Assembly: GCA_035549295.1 (NCBI GenBank)
Contig: DASZRG010000011.1
Coordinates: 1-17,078, forward strand
DNA from: Patescibacteria group bacterium
GTDB taxonomy: Bacteria; Patescibacteriota; Microgenomatia; Levybacterales; GWA1-39-11
Length of the DNA stretch: 17,078 bases
Direction of reading: 5' to 3'
The notes under the pieces are model-generated. The model searched no databases. It was given only the letters and a program-made list of their open reading frames with translations, and was not told the origin of the DNA. Position numbers and translations under genes: made by a program. Below are positions 7,245 through 14,043 of this stretch, in pieces; the stretch's first letter is position 1; every line of letters starts with the position of its first letter.

Positions 7245-7873
7245 TGGTGTTTTTTGAATCTCTAGCGTTTTTATTAATAGGATACCTCTTGGGTTCCTTT
7301 CCTACAGCATATATAGTTGTAAAACAAGCAACAGGAAAAGATATTAGACTTGAGGAGACGGGTAATGTAGGCGCTATGAATACTGCTCGTACAACGGGTA
7401 AGCCTCACCTTTTCCTTCTCGTATTTTTAATAGATTTCCTAAAAGGATATCTCGGTATTTTTCTTCCACAATATTTTTTAGGTAGTGATGCGACACTCGC
7501 GATCGCGGCAGGGGCATTTGGAGTTGTTCTGGGTCACTGTTATTCAATATATTTTAAACTGAAGGATGGAAAATTTGCTGGAGGCAAGGCAATTGCATCT
7601 CTTGCAGGTATATTAGCTGGCCTCAATTTTATGCACCTTCTTCTTCCTTGGGGTATCGCAATGTGTATTCCAGTAATTCTCGCCGGCAACCTGCTTCTTG
7701 GTCAATTTGCTGGGACTGTCGCACTTCCATTTATTGGTTTGTTTCTAGCTCCAGAATATTTTCTTTTGACTATTCTCTGTGCCATACCCATTTTTATAAA
7801 GCAATGGCCGAGAGTTATTCCTGCATTATCTGGGAAAGAGCCAAAATGGTATTTTAAAGGCAAGAAAAAATGA
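7244..7873 (+). CDS. Divergent PlsY-family acyltransferase paralog
   Basis: 209 aa polytopic membrane protein collinear with PlsY: GSFPTAYIVVK (motif 1), ETGNVGAMNTAR in place of GSGNxGATN (motif 2), and GHCYSIYFKLKDGKFAGGKAIAS (motif 3 with an insertion). The start overlaps the fakB stop (TAATG). Confidence 0.75.
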   Translation: MVFFESLAFLLIGYLLGSFPTAYIVVKQATGKDIRLEETGNVGAMNTARTTGKPHLFLLVFLIDFLKGYLGIFLPQYFLGSDATLAIAAGAFGVVLGHCYSIYFKLKDGKFAGGKAIASLAGILAGLNFMHLLLPWGIAMCIPVILAGNLLLGQFAGTVALPFIGLFLAPEYFLLTILCAIPIFIKQWPRVIPALSGKEPKWYFKGKKK

Positions 7874-8748
7874 AAAAAATCTACGAATACATCTTTATAG
7901 TTCTTCTAATTCTTCTTGCTATTTTTTCCTACACTTCATATCGTGCTCACGCAGCACTTGCACTACATGTAAGTCCTGGGACAGATACTCCAGCCAAATA
8001 CGGTCTTAAATATCAGGATAGATATTTTATGACGTCGGACAACGTAAAAATCGCTTCTTGGTACATACCTGTTAAAGATTCAAAAGCTGTAGTTATTTTA
8101 GTTCACGGATTTCAATCATCTCAAGGTGGAAAAGCCCTCATGCTATCTCATGCTCAATATCTCAATAAGGCTGGATATTCAACGCTTCTTATAGATCTGC
8201 GCTCAATGGGTTATACTGCTGGCAATAAAGTGACGCTAGGTATAAATGAATGGAAAGATGCTGAGGCAGCGTATGACTATGCCAAATCTCTCCCCGAGAA
8301 CAAGGGCAAGAAGATTGGTTTTATGGGTAATTCCATGGGGGCCGCGACTTCACTTATCGAGCGCGGAATAACTGGAAAGGGCGATTTTGTAATAGCATCA
8401 GTTCCCTATGCTAATTTTACAAGTCTTCTCAAATTTCAGATCGAACGCGAGGGGTTACCGCCGCTAGTGTTCTACCCGTTTTTGAGGCTTTCAACAGCAA
8501 TTGAGCTGGGTCTTCACTATGCTTATTATTCGCCTGCAAATTGGGTTGGCAAGATTGATGTACCAGTTTTTCTTATTTCGGCAGCACATGACAATGAAGT
8601 AAATAGTCTTGATGCAAAATCGTTGTACAACGAAGTCCATGCACCCAAAGAGTATTGGCAAGCAAACGCTGGTCATGATATATATAAAGATCAACCACAG
8701 CAATTCAAAACAAAAGTTCTTGCCTTCCTCTCAAAGATAAAGAGCTAG
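7870..8748 (+). CDS. Membrane-anchored alpha/beta-fold serine hydrolase (putative esterase/lipase, COG1073-like)
   Basis: 292 aa. N-terminal MKK + hydrophobic anchor IFIVLLILLAIFSYTSY, oxyanion-region VILVHGF, nucleophile elbow GNSMG, acid AAHDNEV, His in NAGHD. The start overlaps the plsY2 stop (ATGA). Confidence 0.8.
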   Translation: MKKIYEYIFIVLLILLAIFSYTSYRAHAALALHVSPGTDTPAKYGLKYQDRYFMTSDNVKIASWYIPVKDSKAVVILVHGFQSSQGGKALMLSHAQYLNKAGYSTLLIDLRSMGYTAGNKVTLGINEWKDAEAAYDYAKSLPENKGKKIGFMGNSMGAATSLIERGITGKGDFVIASVPYANFTSLLKFQIEREGLPPLVFYPFLRLSTAIELGLHYAYYSPANWVGKIDVPVFLISAAHDNEVNSLDAKSLYNEVHAPKEYWQANAGHDIYKDQPQQFKTKVLAFLSKIKS

Positions 8749-8781
8749 TGCAGCTAGTAGATTTTGCTCTAGGAATGTGCC

Positions 8782-8787
8782 TACAAT
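8782..8787 (+). promoter_or_regulatory. -10-like TACAAT, 6 nt upstream of the pseudo-HK ATG
   Basis: TACAAT (8782-8787), atatca, ATG (8794). No convincing -35. Confidence 0.3.
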
Positions 8788-8793
8788 ATATCA

Positions 8794-9987
8794 ATGCCCA
8801 TTATTTCGGAGTTTGTTCTGTATATTATTTTGTTTGTAGCGATTCTTGTTCTTCTGAGTATAATCGCCCATTTTTTGAATTTTAAAATCACAGATCTTTT
8901 CAAGCGCAGTAAGCGAAATTCAGCTCAGGGTAACAATGAAATTGTTCTTATTACAGATATTTCATTTAGTATTATCTCGGCAAACGATGCAGCTGAACAA
9001 GCTCTTCAGATGTTTGACTCAGAAATTCTCCACAAAAATATTTTCGACGTCTTACTTGTAAGGGATCAAAATAATACCCTTCTTTCAACAAAAACTCCAG
9101 AAATAGCCGAAGCTGCAGCAGGAAAAGTAGTAGTTATGGAGAAGCTCAGGCTTTTTAGAAAAAACCGCGCTGTATCTTTTCAGGAAATTGATTTGCAAAT
9201 CAGGCCAATAACAAATATTGATGGAACAGTTGGTCAGATGACTTTTATTGTAAATGCCGTAGGTCAGAAAAATACAAGTATTAACAATCATATAGATGTT
9301 GAGGTTGCAAGAATTCGGCATCAAGCACTTATTAGTCAGCTAAAAGAAGGTCTCCAAAAAAATGGACTTTGGGATTTGAAAAACATTACAGAGCTTGTTC
9401 GAAGTTCTGAGATCGATCTTCTTAATGCACTTGAAATAGAGCACGCAAAACTCAACGAAGACAAATCTTTAATTGACGTTGCAAATACATGTCGTCAAAT
9501 TGTTGACTCCGAGAAGGAATTTGCAACTGCCCTCAAATCATCTGTCATATTTTCGCTACCCGATTTTGGAGAAAAAGATGTTGCAGCCCTTATCCCGGCA
9601 GGAGCAACGATTGATCCAAATCTTCTAACTGCACCATTTTTTACAGCGCCAGTTAATGCAAAATGGTTTGATATTCTTATTCGGAAAACACTAGATGTTT
9701 CGCTTATGATTGTCCCAAATGGAAATAATTCATCAGTCAGCTTTACCGTAACTCGCGAAAATAAATCTGCACTGATTATCAACATCATGACGACAGCATA
9801 TTTGACTGAGGAGCAAGTTAAACTGTTATTCATTCCATATTACGGCGATCTGACTAGGTCAACTAACCTAAGATGGGGATCGGGTCTTGAAGGGCACCTT
9901 GCTAGCACTATTTCCCAAATGTTATCTGTTCCAATTGTGGTTAGTACTCAGCCGACAGTTTCATTTACAGTAAAACTTCCAAAATAA
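8794..9987 (+). CDS. Membrane-anchored PAS-domain protein with a degenerate histidine-kinase-like C-terminus (pseudo-HK)
   Basis: 397 aa. N-terminal TM helix, then a PAS-like segment (IVLITDISFSIISANDAAEQALQMFDSEILHKNIFDVL). The C-terminal half is collinear by eye with the neighbouring HK: IRHQALISQL vs ASHQLKTPL; IDLLNALEIEHAKL vs IDLVNALLNISRIE; GSGLEGHLASTISQM...VSFTVKLPK vs GTGLGLYLVKAIVEI...TTFWFSLP. The N-box Asn and the G1 DxGxG are not recognisable. Confidence 0.6.
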   Translation: MPIISEFVLYIILFVAILVLLSIIAHFLNFKITDLFKRSKRNSAQGNNEIVLITDISFSIISANDAAEQALQMFDSEILHKNIFDVLLVRDQNNTLLSTKTPEIAEAAAGKVVVMEKLRLFRKNRAVSFQEIDLQIRPITNIDGTVGQMTFIVNAVGQKNTSINNHIDVEVARIRHQALISQLKEGLQKNGLWDLKNITELVRSSEIDLLNALEIEHAKLNEDKSLIDVANTCRQIVDSEKEFATALKSSVIFSLPDFGEKDVAALIPAGATIDPNLLTAPFFTAPVNAKWFDILIRKTLDVSLMIVPNGNNSSVSFTVTRENKSALIINIMTTAYLTEEQVKLLFIPYYGDLTRSTNLRWGSGLEGHLASTISQMLSVPIVVSTQPTVSFTVKLPK

Positions 9988-10431
9988 CTAAACCAGTTGC
10001 TTGACCTTTGCGACAATTTCTTCGAGGCTAACATTTGATTTTATGAGAAAGTCGACAGCGTTAAAATAAAATTTAGTTTCATGCATATTGTCACTTGTTC
10101 CGGCATTTGTAAGCATAAGAACAGGAAGATTTTTGAATTCAGACATCTCTCTTAGTTTGGTAAGCATTTGTCTACCATCCATGATAGGCATCATGATATC
10201 AAGTATTACAAGGTCCGGTTTGTTTTGAGATATAGAACTAAGTCCAAGCTGACCGTTTTCTGCTTTAAAAGTTTCATATCCAGCTCCTTTTAACTTAACT
10301 TCTAACGCATCGGCTAATAGTTTTTCATCCTCAACTATTAAAATTTTTTTTGTAGGTGTGGCGACAGTTGCAGTTTGATTGATCGTGGGTTCAGCTTTTT
10401 TATTTCCCATTAAATCTTGTAAGAATCCCAT
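9988..10431 (-). CDS. Single-domain response regulator (CheY-like receiver, no output domain)
   Basis: 147 aa. A roughly 27-aa N-terminal extension, then REC motifs: ILIVEDE, phospho-acceptor LVILDIMMP, LMLTN, FLIKS. Confidence 0.9.
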   Translation of the reverse strand: MGFLQDLMGNKKAEPTINQTATVATPTKKILIVEDEKLLADALEVKLKGAGYETFKAENGQLGLSSISQNKPDLVILDIMMPIMDGRQMLTKLREMSEFKNLPVLMLTNAGTSDNMHETKFYFNAVDFLIKSNVSLEEIVAKVKQLV

Positions 10432-10438
10432 AATTGTA

Positions 10439-10468
10439 ATAATAAATTTTGAGCCTGATAAAAGTCAA
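10439..10468 (-). promoter_or_regulatory. Sigma70-like promoter of the receiver gene: TTGACT-18-TATTAT, with the -10 ending 7 nt before the ATG
   Basis: Minus strand: TTGACT (10468..10463), 18-nt spacer, TATTAT (10444..10439), tacaatt, ATG (10431). Confidence 0.45.
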
Positions 10469-10476
10469 TCTATCAG
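10455..10476. repeat. Palindrome CTGATA-N10-TATCAG bracketing the -35 of the receiver-gene promoter
   Basis: 10455-10460 ctgata and 10471-10476 tatcag are exact reverse complements. The 10-nt loop contains TTGACT (minus strand). Confidence 0.3.
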
Positions 10477-10499
10477 TTTAAAAACTAAATAATCGCAGT

Positions 10500-11849
10500 C
10501 TACCTGTCCCCTGTGGAATTTCCTGCAATTGGCAGGCTAAACCAGAAGGTTGTTCCATGATTAACTTCACTTTTATACCAAATTTTCCCTTTTGAAATTT
10601 CAACAATAGCTTTCACTAAATACAGACCGAGCCCGGTACCATCGCGTTCTGTATCTCGTATATTGTTTCCGCGATAAAATTTGTCAAACACTCGCGCTTT
10701 CTCCTCCTCGGGTATTCCATATCCATTATCTTTTACCTCAGATACGATGTCTCCCTCTTTGATGGCGATTGATAGTGATATTTCACCACCACCTTGCGTA
10801 TACTTGATGCCATTCGTTAGTAAATTCATGTACACCTGTCTAATTAGATTTTGATCAATATTTATCTCTGGGAGATTGTCAGGAATTTCAACTTTGAGAT
10901 TCTGCTTTTTCTCATCGGCCCTAAATTTTACGTCAGCGACAACAGTATCAACTAGTTTTTTTAGATCTGTTGGTTTTGCCTCAACGATGATTTTTCCTGT
11001 TTCAATCCTCGAAATATTAAGAAGGGCATTTACAAGATCTATCATGCGCAGCGTTGATGTGTTTATATTTGCTGCAAATTCTCCTTGTTTTGGCTGCAGC
11101 TGTCCAGCATCACCTGCGATCAGCATTTCCGTATACCATCTTATTGCAGACAGCGGAGTTTTTAATTGATGTGAAGCAAGTGAAATAAACTCTGTTTTCA
11201 TACTATCGATATTTTTTTCTGTTGTAACGTCTCGGAAAAGTGTAATCGTTCCGAGTACTTCATCGCCTTCAGTGTAAGAGGTAACTGTTGTTGCTGCCGG
11301 AAATTTCGTCCCATTGCGCCTGACAAAGTACAAGGAATAGTCACCTGCTGCTGACTTGCTTGTTACTCGATTTGGTTCAAAATCAGTTAGGGCCGCGTCT
11401 TCTCTGAATTTTTCTTCACCATACTGAATTTTGACAACATCTTGAAGATGTTTTCCGGCGGCTTCCTGCGCAGGCCAGCCCAAAAGCGACTCTGCTGCCT
11501 TATTAAACGTAATTATATTTCCAGTTTTATCAGTAACGATTAGACCATCTCCAATGTTTGCGAGAACGGCTTCGTATTTCAGTTTTTCAGTTTGATTTAT
11601 TCCAGCTTCAGGGACAATTTTACCTTTCCCTAAATTTGAAACTTTCTGAGAAATGCCGTATTTGAAATATATTTTTAAAAAATAGACAAGAGAATATAGG
11701 AATATTACTTCAAGAGCAAGCCAGCAGAAAAATTGAAAGAGTTCACGAGCGAACAACAATTCAAAAATAAAAAGATTAGTCGCGATAAAAATTGTGACTA
11801 GGAAATATAAAAGGAGATGGTGTAGTAATTTCACAAAATAAATCCTCAT
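10500..11849 (-). CDS. Sensor histidine kinase (2 TM helices, PAS, HisKA, HATPase_c)
   Basis: 449 aa. Two N-terminal hydrophobic helices, a PAS segment (GLIVTDKTGNIITFNKAAESLLGW), H-box SHQLKTPL, N-box NLLTNGIKYT, G1 DNGYGI, G2 GTGLGL. Confidence 0.9.
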   Translation of the reverse strand: MRIYFVKLLHHLLLYFLVTIFIATNLFIFELLFARELFQFFCWLALEVIFLYSLVYFLKIYFKYGISQKVSNLGKGKIVPEAGINQTEKLKYEAVLANIGDGLIVTDKTGNIITFNKAAESLLGWPAQEAAGKHLQDVVKIQYGEEKFREDAALTDFEPNRVTSKSAAGDYSLYFVRRNGTKFPAATTVTSYTEGDEVLGTITLFRDVTTEKNIDSMKTEFISLASHQLKTPLSAIRWYTEMLIAGDAGQLQPKQGEFAANINTSTLRMIDLVNALLNISRIETGKIIVEAKPTDLKKLVDTVVADVKFRADEKKQNLKVEIPDNLPEINIDQNLIRQVYMNLLTNGIKYTQGGGEISLSIAIKEGDIVSEVKDNGYGIPEEEKARVFDKFYRGNNIRDTERDGTGLGLYLVKAIVEISKGKIWYKSEVNHGTTFWFSLPIAGNSTGDR

Positions 11850-11903
11850 ATTAGATTGACATAAACGAGGCTATAAATCAATTAAGCTCTAGATCGATAA
11901 TTT

Positions 11904-11992
11904 TTAATTGCGGATAATTTATTATTTAATTATTGACAATAATATTAATTACTGCTAAATTAATGTTAATTAATTATAAAATTCTATTAATT
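11904..11992. repeat. Phased TTAATT motifs in the HK/glnA divergent intergenic region
   Basis: Exact TTAATT at 11904, 11926, 11945, 11966 (plus an overlapping copy at 11970) and 11987, giving spacings of 22, 19, 21 and 21 nt. The full palindrome TTAATTAA lies at 11966-11973, and AATTAA at 11880 and 11958. Confidence 0.4.
11933..11961 (+). promoter_or_regulatory. Sigma70-like promoter of glnA: TTGACA-17-TAAATT
   Basis: TTGACA (11933-11938), 17-nt spacer, TAAATT (11956-11961), 33 nt before ATG 11995. The region is so AT-rich that other -10-like hexamers also exist. Confidence 0.45.
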
Positions 11993-11994
11993 TA

Positions 11995-13431
11995 ATGAAT
12001 AATAATTCTTCGATCAAGGATTTTCTCGAACTATCCTACTCAGAGCTTGAATCCCTTAATCTTAAAGCGCTTGCAAATATTGATACAAAATCAGATAGCG
12101 AGATGGAAGAAGAATACAAGGCATACCTTTTGAAAGAAAAGAGGATAAAGGCAATAACGATCTGTTTTTCAGACATAGAGGGCCGACTTCACGCGCTTGA
12201 TTATGATAAAAAGTTTTTGCTAGATTCGCTGAATAATCTAACTTTTGATGGATCATCGATTAGAGGTTTTTCCGCGCAAATTGAGTCAGATTTGAGGCTG
12301 AAAATTGACTGGTCGAGTATTAGATATCTTCCATCAGACGTTTTCGGACCTGGAAAAGTAATATTTTTCGCAAGCGTGCTGAATCGCGACAGGACGCCTT
12401 ATGAGGCAGATTTTCGCGGGCAGCTTATTGAATATACAAAAAAACTAAAAACTGACAAAGGCGTTTCTGCTTATGCGGCCGCAGAAATAGAAGGATTTTT
12501 GGTCGACCGTGTAAATGCTGAACAGACTTATGTCGAGAATGGTAAGTTTGACTTAGTTACAACTGGAGGGTATTTTCACTCACTTCCCATGGACACTTTG
12601 CGACTTTTTATTGACAAATCAGCTGAAGCGCATCGAGCGATGGGATTTAGAAACGAAAAAGATCATCCTGAAGTTGCTCCCTCTCAATTCGAGATGAATT
12701 TTTCTTATTCAGATGTTGTTCGGGCATCAGACAATATCCAGCTATACAAACTCGTTTGTCGCCAAGTAGCTCGAAATATGGGTCTTACTGCGACGTTTTT
12801 GCCAAAACCTCTTATGGGAATTAATGGATCTGGTATGCATACCAATTTTTCACTTGTTAAGAACGGGAAAAATATTTTTTATGAAAAATCGGGTCAGGAT
12901 GGTCTTTCTAAGCTTGCTTGGGATTTTATCATGAGGCTTCTCAATCATGCTCCCGAAATATGTTTAGTCTTAAATTCGTCAGTTAATGCTTATCGGAGAT
13001 TAGACCCACATTTTGAAGCCCCAAATCAAATAAAAGTCTCACCAATTGATCGTGGTTCTATGGTGAGAATACCTGTTGGCAATGAAAAAACTGCTCGAAT
13101 TGAGGTCAGATCTGTCGCGCCAGACGCCAATCCTTACCTTGTTCTGTATACAATTCTTAGAGTCGGACTTGAGGGGCAAAGGCTCGAGAAAGATACTGAT
13201 AAAAGAGATCGTTTGAGATTTTTGCCCGACAACATAAACGATGCGATAAGACTTTTTAAAGCAAGCGCTTTGATAGAGGAAATATTGGGAGAGGAAACTT
13301 CGGGAAAATATGCTGGCTACAAGCAGTTGGTAGCTGACAGAAGTCCTAAAGAGCTTGGAACACAAGTTAAATCGTCAGAAATTCTGTATCATCACGAAGT
13401 TACAAACCAATTCCTCTGGAACCAGTTCTAG
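11995..13431 (+). CDS. glnA: Glutamine synthetase (type I-like)
   Basis: 478 aa. Motifs: FDGSSIRGF, HPEVAPSQFEMNF, GSGMHTNFSL, NAYRRL, RIEVRSVAPDANPYL. I saw no obvious adenylylation-loop motif. Confidence 0.9.
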   Translation: MNNNSSIKDFLELSYSELESLNLKALANIDTKSDSEMEEEYKAYLLKEKRIKAITICFSDIEGRLHALDYDKKFLLDSLNNLTFDGSSIRGFSAQIESDLRLKIDWSSIRYLPSDVFGPGKVIFFASVLNRDRTPYEADFRGQLIEYTKKLKTDKGVSAYAAAEIEGFLVDRVNAEQTYVENGKFDLVTTGGYFHSLPMDTLRLFIDKSAEAHRAMGFRNEKDHPEVAPSQFEMNFSYSDVVRASDNIQLYKLVCRQVARNMGLTATFLPKPLMGINGSGMHTNFSLVKNGKNIFYEKSGQDGLSKLAWDFIMRLLNHAPEICLVLNSSVNAYRRLDPHFEAPNQIKVSPIDRGSMVRIPVGNEKTARIEVRSVAPDANPYLVLYTILRVGLEGQRLEKDTDKRDRLRFLPDNINDAIRLFKASALIEEILGEETSGKYAGYKQLVADRSPKELGTQVKSSEILYHHEVTNQFLWNQF

Positions 13432-13961
13432 GTAAATATTTCTGCTACATCATCATTTGAAAGTTGGTTCCATGGGGTTAGGACAAAATCAACACCGTGA
13501 TCTCTTAAATATTTTTCATAAGCGCGTGTATCCATTTTTTCGGTAACGAAGGTTACACCCAACATCTCACGTGTTAGATCTGCAATGGCATCTTCGCTTG
13601 ATGCCCGATTAAATTCGGTTATTCCATACTTTGAAACAATCATTTCATGGGCATCGCCAACTCTTTTAAGAAAATCTGCAAGAGTCGGAATTCTTGATGG
13701 TCTATTGGGTATTTCAGAAGCATTGATATGTGAGTGTATTATTTTTCTTGTGGGATTAATTCCTTTCCATGGCGCAACGAACGAGATTCCTCGTCTCACT
13801 ACCCATACGTTTCCCTCTTTGGTTATTATGCTTTCAGTTTGTAACTTGGGAAGGCTGATTAAAAAATCCCGCGATGGCGCGCTCGGAAGAACCGAAGATT
13901 CAAATCCTCGTTCGTGAACGAGTGCATCATTTTGTGGTAATAATTTTTGATCTTGAGACAT
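13428..13961 (-). CDS. Hypothetical protein (177 aa), no family recognised
   Basis: Long ORF with its own strong promoter-like element. It contains IIHSH-x13-PTLAD, a loose resemblance to an HxH...(S/T)xxD metal site. No TM segment or signal peptide. The stop shares the palindrome CTAG with the glnA stop. Confidence 0.55.
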   Translation of the reverse strand: MSQDQKLLPQNDALVHERGFESSVLPSAPSRDFLISLPKLQTESIITKEGNVWVVRRGISFVAPWKGINPTRKIIHSHINASEIPNRPSRIPTLADFLKRVGDAHEMIVSKYGITEFNRASSEDAIADLTREMLGVTFVTEKMDTRAYEKYLRDHGVDFVLTPWNQLSNDDVAEIFT

Positions 13962-13967
13962 CTGGGT

Positions 13968-13996
13968 AATTTACCTCAATCTGAGGCTAAAGTCAA
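13968..13996 (-). promoter_or_regulatory. Sigma70-like promoter of the 177-aa orphan gene: TTGACT-17-TAAATT, with the -10 ending 6 nt before the ATG
   Basis: Minus strand: TTGACT (13996..13991), 17-nt spacer, TAAATT (13973..13968), acccag, ATG (13961). It sits back-to-back with the nuclease promoter, 4 bp between the two -35 hexamers. Confidence 0.5.
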
Positions 13997-14000
13997 TAAT

Positions 14001-14029
14001 TTGCCGAAAACAACGACAGGTTTTATAAT
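14001..14029 (+). promoter_or_regulatory. Sigma70-like promoter of the nuclease gene: TTGCCG-17-TATAAT
   Basis: TTGCCG (14001-14006), 17-nt spacer, TATAAT (14024-14029), 14 nt before ATG 14044. Confidence 0.5.
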
Positions 14030-14043
14030 TCATTTACTGCGTT

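Noticed and set aside
8741-8793. The direct repeat GCTAGT-gca-GCTAGT after the hydrolase stop, as a regulatory repeat or terminator.
   Set aside because: It is only 6 nt long, includes the stop codon, and forms no stable hairpin. It is likely chance.
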